Below, piece by piece: positions 36,673-45,890 of a stretch of 64,000 bases of DNA (its first letter is position 1; each line of letters begins with the position of its first letter). The DNA is from Verrucomicrobiota bacterium (GTDB lineage: Bacteria; Verrucomicrobiota; Verrucomicrobiia; Limisphaerales; SXQI01): positions 26,870 to 90,869 of the forward strand of contig JANRLX010000092.1 in the NCBI GenBank assembly GCA_033762115.1, written 5' to 3'. A model generated the notes under the pieces. That model was not told where the DNA came from and searched no databases. It saw only the letters and a list, made by a program, of their open reading frames with translations. The position numbers were made by a program, and so were the translations under genes.

Positions 36673-37673
36673 GTCGCGTCTATGTTCACGGTTCCGGGGC
36701 TGTCTCACCCGGTGGATGGGGGGCTGCCGCGCTTTATGAGACCATCGAAAAAGGAATTCCCCTCCGATCATCGGAATTGCAGGTTCCTGGTCGCATCCGC
36801 CCACTTTCCATCCTTCCTGTTCCGCCCCCGGTGAACCGACCCTCCTATTTAAACCATGCTCGCCTTCGCCGCAGTAGTGCCCTCAGCCAGCATTCCGTGG
36901 CAGCAGGCCGCGAAGCCCTTGGAAATCTCACCCCCAGGGTGGAGAATGGTGCACTTCGGCTCGGGGTCATCTTTTGTGTCATGTCCGGGTGTGTCGCCTA
37001 CTCCCGCCGGTTTTACGATGAAACCCTCAAAGATCCTCAAACCGCCAGTCCTCTCGTTTTTCCGGAAACTGTCTTCAATGCCCCCGCAAGCCACATTTCC
37101 GCCCTTCTCAATCTTTCATCCATCAACTACACCCTTGTGGGGGACCCCGGAGTTTTTTTTCAAGGCCTCGCTCTCGCAGCTCAATGGCTCGCCAGCGACC
37201 ACGCGCAGGCAGTGCTCGTCGTCGGCGCGGAAGAACTGGATTGGATCACTGCCGAAGCTCTCGGCTACTTTGTTCGTGGCATCCCTTTAAGCGCTGGCGC
37301 TGGGGCATTGTGTCTCACTCGGGAGCCGTCAGACGTCGAATTGGGAATGGTCACCGACCCGCTCCTCATCCGGCACAAAAAGGAATTGGCTCAATTCGTC
37401 CCACTTATTCCCACTTCCTTCCCACCTTCCCAACCGCATTGTCTCGTCGAAAATCGCCCTCCGTCAAAGCAGATGGAACGACTTTTCGATGCTTGGACAG
37501 GGGATCGAGTAAACACAAAAACAATTATTGGAGAAGGACTTATGGCTGGATCAGCCTGGCAGTCCATCTATGCGGTTCAAAGGTTGATCCATAAAAATGA
37601 GCAACGAATTTCCGTTGTTACTGTTGGCCCAAACCAACTGGCCATCGGTGCTCAGTTCCTGGGAATCAAATGA
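36669..37673 (+). CDS. Catalytically inactive KS-like partner (chain-length-factor-like)
   Basis: KS N-terminal fold (G.GAVSP, RLRRSS, SPLVFPETVFNAPASH, VLVVGAEE). No catalytic Cys or HGTGT motif. TTGA overlap with the KS gene. Confidence 0.8.
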   Translation: MSRVYVHGSGAVSPGGWGAAALYETIEKGIPLRSSELQVPGRIRPLSILPVPPPVNRPSYLNHARLRRSSALSQHSVAAGREALGNLTPRVENGALRLGVIFCVMSGCVAYSRRFYDETLKDPQTASPLVFPETVFNAPASHISALLNLSSINYTLVGDPGVFFQGLALAAQWLASDHAQAVLVVGAEELDWITAEALGYFVRGIPLSAGAGALCLTREPSDVELGMVTDPLLIRHKKELAQFVPLIPTSFPPSQPHCLVENRPPSKQMERLFDAWTGDRVNTKTIIGEGLMAGSAWQSIYAVQRLIHKNEQRISVVTVGPNQLAIGAQFLGIK

Positions 37674-38398
37674 AACGAACCATCCTCATTACAGGCGCAA
37701 ACGGCGGCATGGGCCTGGCGATGGCGGAATCCTTTCTGGCCCATGAACCGGGTGCCACCCTTTTTCTTGGCGTTCGCTCCTCTCGCTCCCGCGCTCAGCA
37801 GCTGGTTGAAAAAAATCGGGAACGCTCGTTCCTTCTTGATCTGGATGTCACCCAGCCTGAGTCATGGAAAAGTGCCATTTCTATACTGCTGGAAAAAACC
37901 GGTCGCATCGATGTTCTCGTTAATAACGCCGGGCAGCATGTTGATGCGCTTCTGGCAACAATGCGCCCTGAAGATTGGAACTCTGTCATTGAGACAAATC
38001 TCAATGGGTCGTTCCACGGATGTCAGGCGGTCCTGCCCACGATGATTTCCCAACGATTTGGTCGAATTATCAATCTCTGCTCCTTAAGCGCGCTGCTCGC
38101 TCCCGCCGGACAAACCAATTACGCCGCTGCCAAGGCCGGTGTTCTGGCGATGACTCAATCGCTGGCTAAGGAAGTGGCTCGTTTGGGGATCACCGTCAAT
38201 GCCATTGCCCCCGGATATATTGAAACAGAAGCACTTGCCACTCTCGATCCGGAACGGCGAAAAAGCGCCCAGTTGAGCGTGCCGATGCGGCGCTTTGGAA
38301 AACCGGAGGAAGTTGCCGCCGCAGTCCGATTTCTCGCCTCCACTGAAGCATCTTATATTACAGGCTCGATTTTAAAAATCGATGGAGGAATCCTTTGA
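37670..38398 (+). CDS. 3-oxoacyl-ACP reductase (FabG-like ketoreductase)
   Basis: TGANGGMG, VNNAG, GQTNYAAAK, VNAIAPG and VPMRRFG; ATGA overlap. Confidence 0.92.
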   Translation: MKRTILITGANGGMGLAMAESFLAHEPGATLFLGVRSSRSRAQQLVEKNRERSFLLDLDVTQPESWKSAISILLEKTGRIDVLVNNAGQHVDALLATMRPEDWNSVIETNLNGSFHGCQAVLPTMISQRFGRIINLCSLSALLAPAGQTNYAAAKAGVLAMTQSLAKEVARLGITVNAIAPGYIETEALATLDPERRKSAQLSVPMRRFGKPEEVAAAVRFLASTEASYITGSILKIDGGIL

Positions 38399-38406
38399 GC
38401 GGAAGT

Positions 38407-38682
38407 ATGCACAATATTGCAGACATTAAGCAGGAAATAAAAACCTTGTTGGTCGAAAACCTGATGTTGCAGGTGACCGCCGAGGAGCTTCAGGATGACC
38501 AACCGTTGTTTGGCCCGGAAAGCCTTGGCCTGGACTCTGTTGATGCCCTGCAATTGGTGGTGGCCCTGGACAAAAACTACGGTTTAAAAATTCCTGACCC
38601 CGCAGCGGCAAAGGAAATTTTGCAATCCATTTCAACCATGGCTGCGGCGGTGCTTAAGCACAAATCGCAATCCAATGGGTGA
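38407..38682 (+). CDS. Acyl carrier protein
   Basis: PLFGPESLGLDSVDALQLVVAL with the phosphopantetheine Ser. Confidence 0.92.
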   Translation: MHNIADIKQEIKTLLVENLMLQVTAEELQDDQPLFGPESLGLDSVDALQLVVALDKNYGLKIPDPAAAKEILQSISTMAAAVLKHKSQSNG

Positions 38683-39931
38683 CCGCATTTATGATGCGAT
38701 AGTGATCGGGGGCGGCCCGGGGGGAAGTTCTGCTTCCACTTATCTTTCACAGGCGGGTCATTCGGTACTGCTCCTGGAAAAGGAGATTTTTCCCCGCTTT
38801 CATATCGGTGAATCGCTGCTGCCGTACAATCGCGCCATTTTTGAAGAATTGGGAGTCATGCCCGCCCTGGAAAGTGCCGGGTTCCCTAAAAAATATGGGG
38901 CCCAGTTTTACATTGGAAACGGGAGCAAAACGTTAAAGTTTGTTTTTGGGAACGGTCGTTTTACCAAAATGGCCGATGCGTTTCAGGTCGAGCGTTCCCG
39001 GTTCGATCATATTCTCCTCAAGAACGCTGCTGAAAAGGGAGTCGAAGTTCGTGAAGGCTGGACAGTTTCCAAAACCGAAAATGATTCCTCTGGCGTTACA
39101 GTTTTTGCCAGGGACCCTTCTGGCGCTGTTCATCAGTTCGCAGGCAAATTTCTGGTTGATGCGAGCGGACGTGGAAATCTCACAGGTAATCAGCAAGGTC
39201 TTCGTAAAATCCATCCCAATCTCAAAAAGCTGGCCCTGTTCGGCCATTTCAGGAATGTCCGGCGTGACGAAGGCTCTCCCGGTGGCGATACCGTCATTAT
39301 TCGATTGCAAAACAAATGGTTTTGGCTGATCCCGATTTCCGCGGAGAAAATCAGCGTCGGTTGCGTGATGGATCAAAAGGAGTTTGCCGAAGCCAAAACC
39401 ACACCCGCAATATTGTTTGAGGAAATTTGGCGCGGCAGTCCCCCCTTGGTGGAACGCATGGCTAACGCAGAATTGGTGGGTGACTTTCAAGTGACCAGCG
39501 ACTTCTCCTATTATAATGATCGTTATGTCGGGGACCGGCTTCTTCGGGTGGGAGATGCTGCCGGGTTCATGGACCCGATTTTTTCTGCCGGTGTTTACCT
39601 TGCAATGTATTCGGGAAAGCTGGCCGCCCAAACCATTTCCACTGCCTTACAGGAAGGGAACGCAGGGGAAGCCGGACTCGCCGAATACGAAATCCGCATA
39701 CGCCGTGGTATCGAATTTTATTGGCGGATGGTCGAACATTTTTATACCCGGCCGTTTCTGGACGTTTTTTTCAACCCGCGTGAACGTTTGAGCCTGGCCT
39801 CCGCTGTCAATGCCGCGCTTGCTGGAGAGTTGGAAGGGGGTTGGCGGTTGCGGTGGCGAATGGAGCTTTTCTTCCTGATTGTAAAAATCCAGGCCCGCTT
39901 CGGGATTATGCCTCAGGTTTCTTTTGACTAG
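38675..39931 (+). CDS. Flavin-dependent halogenase-family oxidoreductase
   Basis: GGGPGG, FPRFHIGESLLP, GFPKKYGA, WFWLIP (WxWxIP) and GDAAGFMDPIFSAG. Confidence 0.85.
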   Translation: MGDRIYDAIVIGGGPGGSSASTYLSQAGHSVLLLEKEIFPRFHIGESLLPYNRAIFEELGVMPALESAGFPKKYGAQFYIGNGSKTLKFVFGNGRFTKMADAFQVERSRFDHILLKNAAEKGVEVREGWTVSKTENDSSGVTVFARDPSGAVHQFAGKFLVDASGRGNLTGNQQGLRKIHPNLKKLALFGHFRNVRRDEGSPGGDTVIIRLQNKWFWLIPISAEKISVGCVMDQKEFAEAKTTPAILFEEIWRGSPPLVERMANAELVGDFQVTSDFSYYNDRYVGDRLLRVGDAAGFMDPIFSAGVYLAMYSGKLAAQTISTALQEGNAGEAGLAEYEIRIRRGIEFYWRMVEHFYTRPFLDVFFNPRERLSLASAVNAALAGELEGGWRLRWRMELFFLIVKIQARFGIMPQVSFD

Positions 39932-40133
39932 AATCTTGTCTGCTCTGTTTTGGGGTAATCCGCTTTTTCTCTGCGGATTCGAGCAGCCAATTTGAAAAAG
40001 CTTCAGAAGCGGCTGATTCCGAGGGATAGGTAAACTCCACGACCTTTTCTCCCGGCAATAAAAAGTGCACGACGCACCCTTTAACTCCCATCATGCGAAC
40101 ATCTTCCACATCAATACCGGAGATTGGTTTCAA
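39906..40133 (-). CDS. Small hypothetical protein
   Basis: 75-aa ORF with a TTG start filling the gap before tRNA-Glu; no recognisable motif. Confidence 0.4.
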   Translation of the reverse strand: MKPISGIDVEDVRMMGVKGCVVHFLLPGEKVVEFTYPSESAASEAFSNWLLESAEKKRITPKQSRQDSSQKKPEA

Positions 40134-40351
40134 AGTGGAGCGGTTTTAGCAAGAATGGCGAGGCTGCGCAATAGGCGGATAAAATAATCTATGTTACCCA
40201 AAAAAATTCTCATGCCTAGTCGGGAAATTCCTGATGTTGCCATTTTGGCGCACCCAGCTTCGAAAACCCTCTCAATCGAAAAAACTTCCTTAATTATCCT
40301 TTTTTCGCGTGACAACCTTTCGGACGTACATACATTTGTCACTCCTTTACC

Positions 40352-40426
40352 GACCCTATGGTCTAGCGGTTAGGACACCGCCCTTTCACGGCGGTAGCTC
40401 GGGTTCGATTCCCGATAGGGTCGCCA
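40352..40426 (+). tRNA. tRNA-Glu(TTC)
   Basis: Acceptor stem GACCCTA/TAGGGTC, anticodon loop CTTTCAC, GTTCGAT, CCA end. Confidence 0.96.
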
Positions 40427-40552
40427 TTTTCTCTCAGGGAACTTCACAGATTTCAAACCGGTGGATTTCCGCTGTCCTGATCTGTTTCCGAAAAAGTCAA
40501 AAGGTTTGACCCGCAGGGGTGGAACGGGCTAAAGACAGCGGCTTTACGCGTT

Positions 40553-42718
40553 GTGAGACAGATTGCGCAATATCAGGATGGGCGGTTGGAGTTGCAGGAG
40601 GTTCCGATTCCAACTCCGCCCCCGGGAGGGATTCTTGTCAAAGTTTCCCATTCAGTGATCAGCCTGGGCACGGAAAAGATGAAAGTGGAACAGGCAAAGA
40701 TGAACCTGTTGCAAAAGGCCAGGGCGCGTCCTGACCAGGTGCGAAAGGTGCTGGAAACCGCACGAAACCTGGGTTGGAAGAACGCCCTCGAAAAAGTGCG
40801 CAACCGCCTGGAATCACCAACCCCGATGGGTTACAGCGCGGCAGGAATCGTGACTGCGGTCGATGCGGGCAATTCCCGTTTTCGCGTTGGTGACAGGGTG
40901 GCCTGCGGTGGGGCTGAATGCGCATTTCATGCCGAGTACATCGCGGTGCCTGACATGCTGGCCGCATCGGTCCCGACAGCAGTCCCGACCTGGAAAGCTG
41001 CCTATACCACTCTTTGTTCCATCGCCATGCAGGCCATTCGCCAAACGGAGCCGAGGCTGGGGGACAAGGTCCTGGTGATGGGGCAGGGATTGGTGGGATT
41101 GCTGATCACAAACCTGCTCAAGGCCTCTGGCGCACGGGTGATGGCCGTTGATTTACTTCCGACTCGCCGAAAATTTGCCGAGGCAATGGGCGCGGAACGA
41201 ACGGTGATTCTCGGAGAGCAAAATTTATCGGATGAAGTGCGGGTGTGGACCGATGGTTTCGGGGTGGACGCAGTGGTCATTTGCACCGCCTCTCAAAGCA
41301 ACACCCCGATTGAACAGGCAGCGGAAGCGTGCCGCGACCGGGGCCGTTTGGTGGATGTGGGCATCACGAAAATTGAACTGCCCTGGCGACTTTTTGCGGA
41401 AAAGGAGTTGGAATTTCGCTTTTCACGCTCTTACGGCCCGGGACGCTACGATTTGAATTACGAATGGGGCGGGAACGATTATCCGATCGGGTTCGTCCGC
41501 TGGACCGAGCAGCGGAATTTCCAGGCATGCCTGCATTTGATGGGCACAGGGCAATTGAACCTGGAGGCGATCACAACCCGGCGGGTCCCATTCCTGGATT
41601 CACTCGCAGTCTATCAGGCATTGGCAACCAACTCGAACGAGATTGGGATTATCCTGGAATATCCGGCCGCTGAAGCTGCGCCGGAAATTGCCCCTGTTGC
41701 ACCGAAAACAGCCGAGCCGGCAACCAAAAGCAGAAAGCTCAAACAACCGGTGCAACGGCTGGATATCATTGGCGCAGGGAATTTTGCGCGGACGATGCTG
41801 CTGCCGCATTGCAAGGAGAAGATTCATTTTGGCACCGTTGTGAATACGACAGCGCTGAGCGCGAACCATGTCAAAACCAAATTTGGATTTGAAAAGGCGG
41901 AAACCAATCCAGACTCCATTTTCAATGATAAGAACGCTGGCGCGGTGATGATCACGACCCGGCACAATCAGCATGCGCCACTGGTGAAAGCGGCGCTTGA
42001 AAAAAACCTCGAAATTTTTGTCGAAAAACCGATCTGTCTCACGCGCGAGGAACTGAGAGAACTGGATGCGGCTTATGAAAAAAGCAGCAGTTCGGTGCAG
42101 GTTGGGTTTAACCGAAGATTCGCGCCCGCAAGTGCCAGGTTAAAGCAACTGCTTGCCGCTTCTCCCGGTCCAAAAAGTATTAGTTACCGGGTGAATGCGG
42201 GCAAATTGGACCCGTCGCATTGGTTTGCGAACATTGCCGAGAGCGGGGGGCGAGTGATCGGTGAAACCTGCCATTTCTTTGATTATTTCTGTTTTCTGCT
42301 CGGCGGCAGGCCAAAGAGAATTTACGCGCAACCGGCGTGGCCCACTGAAGGAAAAATCAATTACCCCGATAGCGTGGCGGTGCATGTGGAATTCGAGAAC
42401 GGTTCCGCGGCGCAACTGATTTATAGCGGCCAGGGCGATCCTGCTTATCCAAAAGAATCGTTCACGATTTTTTCCACCGGGATCGTTGCGGAAGTTTACA
42501 ATTTTCTCGAAATGCGGGTCTGGAAAGGGCGCAAGGAGGAAAAATTGAAGTTCACCTCCAAGGGACATCCGGAACAGGTCACGGCTTGGCTGGCTTATCT
42601 TAAAGGAGAGAGTGAACATCCGCTTCCCTACGAGGAATCGCGGCCCGGCATGTTGCTGACCTTCGGGGTTTTGCGGGCAATCCAGGAAGGACGTTCCATT
42701 TCTTACGACGAAATCTAA
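40553..42718 (+). CDS. Bi-domain oxidoreductase (MDR-type dehydrogenase plus Gfo/Idh/MocA), polysaccharide-locus type
   Basis: SVISLGTE, SRSYGPGRYD and RWTEQRN in the first domain; IIGAGNFA, VEKP and VGFNRRF in the second. Confidence 0.88.
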   Translation: MRQIAQYQDGRLELQEVPIPTPPPGGILVKVSHSVISLGTEKMKVEQAKMNLLQKARARPDQVRKVLETARNLGWKNALEKVRNRLESPTPMGYSAAGIVTAVDAGNSRFRVGDRVACGGAECAFHAEYIAVPDMLAASVPTAVPTWKAAYTTLCSIAMQAIRQTEPRLGDKVLVMGQGLVGLLITNLLKASGARVMAVDLLPTRRKFAEAMGAERTVILGEQNLSDEVRVWTDGFGVDAVVICTASQSNTPIEQAAEACRDRGRLVDVGITKIELPWRLFAEKELEFRFSRSYGPGRYDLNYEWGGNDYPIGFVRWTEQRNFQACLHLMGTGQLNLEAITTRRVPFLDSLAVYQALATNSNEIGIILEYPAAEAAPEIAPVAPKTAEPATKSRKLKQPVQRLDIIGAGNFARTMLLPHCKEKIHFGTVVNTTALSANHVKTKFGFEKAETNPDSIFNDKNAGAVMITTRHNQHAPLVKAALEKNLEIFVEKPICLTREELRELDAAYEKSSSSVQVGFNRRFAPASARLKQLLAASPGPKSISYRVNAGKLDPSHWFANIAESGGRVIGETCHFFDYFCFLLGGRPKRIYAQPAWPTEGKINYPDSVAVHVEFENGSAAQLIYSGQGDPAYPKESFTIFSTGIVAEVYNFLEMRVWKGRKEEKLKFTSKGHPEQVTAWLAYLKGESEHPLPYEESRPGMLLTFGVLRAIQEGRSISYDEI

Positions 42719-42725
42719 TCCTGCC

Positions 42726-44639
42726 GTGGCGATCTCCTCCAAACTCGAATGGTATTGGCATCGGCTTCGCGCGATGAGTGCCAGGGAGATGGCGCTGCAT
42801 TTGCGAAAAAAATTTCGGGCACGCGCCGATGCCAGACAAATTCCTGATTTCGGAACTGTGGACCTGAGCGTGGCCGGATTATTCCCCCGCCTGCCATTGC
42901 GAGAGGCTGCACCGGCAGCTGTAAACGCGGCATTGCAGCGGGACGTGGATCGAATCCTCAATGGAAAATGGAAGGCTTTCGGACACCTGGAAATCAATGT
43001 TGATAACCCTCCCCACTGGCATACCGATTACCTGATCGGGCGTGATTACAAGAGTAGAAAGTCTTCTTTCAAGCTGGATCACCGGGAGCAGGAAGGGGGC
43101 GGGGACATCAAGATGATTTGGGAGCCAAGCCGCTGGTATCAGGTGGTCCGTCTGGCCCAGGGAGCCTATTTCCTGGGGCATCAAGTCGCAGCAGAACGTT
43201 GCCTCGAATGGATCGAATCCTGGGTCAAAGAAAACCCTCCCTACCAGGGGTTGAACTGGACAAGCGCTTTGGAAACGGGCATGCGGTTGATGCAGTTTAC
43301 CTGGATTGACGCGCTCCTTGCGTCGTCGGGAGTTCCGCAAGAGAGGTTGGAGCGATTGCGCCGCGCTGTTCTTCCTCCTCATTTTTGGTACACGCTGCGG
43401 TATCTTTCCTCCGGCTCCTCAGCCAATAATCATCTGCTCGGAGAAATTGCCGGGCTGACCCTGGCATTGGCGCGCTGGCCATCCTTGAACGAACTCGGCA
43501 TCGAGCTGGAGGAATTAAATACCATGTTTGAGCGGGAGGTCCTGCTGCAATTCGCGGCGGATGGCGGGAACATGGAACAGGCCCTGGGCTACCATTTATT
43601 TTCCTGGGAATTTTGTTGGCAGACCGCCAAAGCGCTCGAAGCATCTGGAAACCCGATCTCCGGGGAAGCCAGGACACGCCTGGAACGGGCGGGACACTTC
43701 TACGCCAAACTCAAGGCAAGGAACGATTCCTGGGATTTTGGTGATTCTGACAACGCCTATGTGACCCCCTTTTTCCTTGAAGAGGAACATTGTGCAGAAG
43801 AGTGGCGGGAATGGTTTCTTGGCGGGACAAGCCCAGGAATCGAATTGTGGTGGGGCAGGTTCAGGCAACCGGCAATGCCTCGTTCAGGAGAATGGGAACT
43901 GTTTCCGAGTTCCGGATACGCAACCTTTCACAATGCCCAGGTGGGGGCGCGATTTGATTTTTCGCCGCTCGGTTTCCTGGCCATTGCTGCTCATGGTCAC
44001 CTCGACGCCCTGCACCTTTCATTGTCCTGGAAAGGAACTCCAGTCGTGATCGATCCCGGAACTGGCGCTTACTACGCGGATAAAACCGCCCGCAATCACC
44101 TGGCGTCCTGGCAGGCGCATAACGGCCCGCATCTGTTTGAAGGGAAATTTCCAGAACGGAAAGGTGGGTTCATGTGGGGAAGCCATCATCACGTTCCCCG
44201 TCTTGTCAACTGCTCCCGGGATGCAATTACAGCGGAACTGGAACTACCCCAAACTTTTTTCAGCCGAACCATTGAAGCAAGGGCAAACGAGATCACTGTG
44301 GAGGACCGGGCCGATTTCAAGGGCGCATCCGAAGCGTGGAAAGTGAAGTGGCAGTTTGCGCCCGGGATGAAAATTGAGGCGATCAGCCCGAAAAATTTCA
44401 AAGTGACCGGTGCGGGTGTTATGTTGAACATTCTTCTGGAAGGCTGGAGCGCCGCAGCTGCTTTCAACCCTCCCGTGCCCGAGGCAAAAGGGCATTATTT
44501 AATGGATCTGCAGGGAAACGATCCTGCGTTTCTCTGTTCACCCCTGTTTCGCAAATTGGAGGTCGCGCCATACCTGCTGCTGTCCGCGCCCGGTGGAGTG
44601 CGGCAAACTTGTCGCACACAGTTTCTGTTCAGTTCGTAA
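42726..44639 (+). CDS. Heparinase II/III family protein
   Basis: DIKMIWEPSR, SSANNHLLGE, AHGHLDALH, DPGTGAYY and AHN. Confidence 0.85.
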   Translation: MAISSKLEWYWHRLRAMSAREMALHLRKKFRARADARQIPDFGTVDLSVAGLFPRLPLREAAPAAVNAALQRDVDRILNGKWKAFGHLEINVDNPPHWHTDYLIGRDYKSRKSSFKLDHREQEGGGDIKMIWEPSRWYQVVRLAQGAYFLGHQVAAERCLEWIESWVKENPPYQGLNWTSALETGMRLMQFTWIDALLASSGVPQERLERLRRAVLPPHFWYTLRYLSSGSSANNHLLGEIAGLTLALARWPSLNELGIELEELNTMFEREVLLQFAADGGNMEQALGYHLFSWEFCWQTAKALEASGNPISGEARTRLERAGHFYAKLKARNDSWDFGDSDNAYVTPFFLEEEHCAEEWREWFLGGTSPGIELWWGRFRQPAMPRSGEWELFPSSGYATFHNAQVGARFDFSPLGFLAIAAHGHLDALHLSLSWKGTPVVIDPGTGAYYADKTARNHLASWQAHNGPHLFEGKFPERKGGFMWGSHHHVPRLVNCSRDAITAELELPQTFFSRTIEARANEITVEDRADFKGASEAWKVKWQFAPGMKIEAISPKNFKVTGAGVMLNILLEGWSAAAAFNPPVPEAKGHYLMDLQGNDPAFLCSPLFRKLEVAPYLLLSAPGGVRQTCRTQFLFSS

Positions 44640-44640
44640 A

Positions 44641-45831
44641 ATGCCTGCTGACAAACCAGCCGTCCTGATCGTGGTCGAAAATCTGCCCGTGCCGCTGGAC
44701 CGCAGGGTCTGGCAGGAATCACTCGCATTGCGGGAGATGGGTTATCAAGTGATCGTGATCTGCCCGCAAATGAAAGGGTATCTCCTGCCGGAGGAAAAGC
44801 TGGATGGCATCCAGATTTATCGGCATCCCATGAGTGAAGAGGGAAATGGTGTGCTCGGTTTTTTTCTGGAATACAGCACTGCGCTTTGGGGTGAAACTCT
44901 CCTTGCCTGGAAAGCCTGGAGGCGGCACCGGTTCAAAGTCATTCATCTCTGCAACCCGCCTGACATTCTTTTTCTGGTGGCTGCTCCGTTCAAGTTGTTT
45001 GGGGTAAAAGTCATTTTTGATGTCCATGATCTCTGGCCGGAAATGTTCGAGGCCAAATTCGATAAACGCGGCTTGTTCTATTGGGCAGTACGGTTGGCGC
45101 AACGAATCACCTACGCGCTTTCCGATGTGGTCCTCGCCACGAACGAAACGAACCGTCAGGCTGCAATTCAGAATGGGAAAAAAGCGATGGCGGATATTTT
45201 CATGGTGCGGACTGCGCCAAAAATTCCAAATCTTGACCTGTCGCCCGATCCTTCATTGAAGAAAGGTCGCCAATATCTGGTCGGTTATGTGGGTGTGATG
45301 GGGAGCGCTGATGGAGTGCATTACCTGATTCGTGCGGCGGCATATGTGGTGCATCAACTCAAGCGTGACGTCCAGTTTCTCCTGCTTGGCAATGGCCCTG
45401 AATACGATGATCTGGTGCGTCTCCGGGATGAACTTGGATTGCAAGCGCACGTTGATTTGCCGGGGTGGGCAAAAAATGAGCAATTGTTCACCGCGTTAAA
45501 AACCATTGATCTGGGTGTGACCTGCGACCCGCCCAATGCCTACAATCACAGTTGCACGATGAACAAGGTCCTCGAGTACATGGCATTTGGCAAAGCGCAG
45601 GTGAGTTTTGAATTAAGGGAAAGCAGGGCCTCTGCGCTGGAAGGAGCGGTTTATGTGGGCGAGAGCACACCGGAAGCGCTGGGTAACGCCATTGTCGAGC
45701 TTCTGGATGATCCTGGGAAGCGGGAGCGTATGGGGCGGTTTGGCGCTGAACGGTTGAAAAATGAATTGAACTGGTCGAAATCCGTCGAAGAGTTGCGCCG
45801 CGCCTATGAACGCGCCCTGGCAACTCGCTGA
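44641..45831 (+). CDS. Glycosyltransferase family 4
   Basis: VENLPVPLDRRVWQE, HLCNPPD, FDVHDLWPE and MNKVLEYMAFGK. Confidence 0.9.
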   Translation: MPADKPAVLIVVENLPVPLDRRVWQESLALREMGYQVIVICPQMKGYLLPEEKLDGIQIYRHPMSEEGNGVLGFFLEYSTALWGETLLAWKAWRRHRFKVIHLCNPPDILFLVAAPFKLFGVKVIFDVHDLWPEMFEAKFDKRGLFYWAVRLAQRITYALSDVVLATNETNRQAAIQNGKKAMADIFMVRTAPKIPNLDLSPDPSLKKGRQYLVGYVGVMGSADGVHYLIRAAAYVVHQLKRDVQFLLLGNGPEYDDLVRLRDELGLQAHVDLPGWAKNEQLFTALKTIDLGVTCDPPNAYNHSCTMNKVLEYMAFGKAQVSFELRESRASALEGAVYVGESTPEALGNAIVELLDDPGKRERMGRFGAERLKNELNWSKSVEELRRAYERALATR

Positions 45832-45890
45832 TTACCAAAATCAATCTGGGATTGATGCGGTTGCCTGCTATAGAATCCAACCACCAATCC

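Noticed and set aside
38400..40350. oriC at the apparent skew switch
   Set aside because: No cluster of TTATCCACA-like boxes and no dnaA, and it would place tuf-rpoBC on the lagging strand. Kept only as a skew observation.
33005..40426. Genomic island bounded by tRNA-Gln and tRNA-Glu
   Set aside because: No integrase and no duplicated tRNA 3' end (att site) was found by eye.
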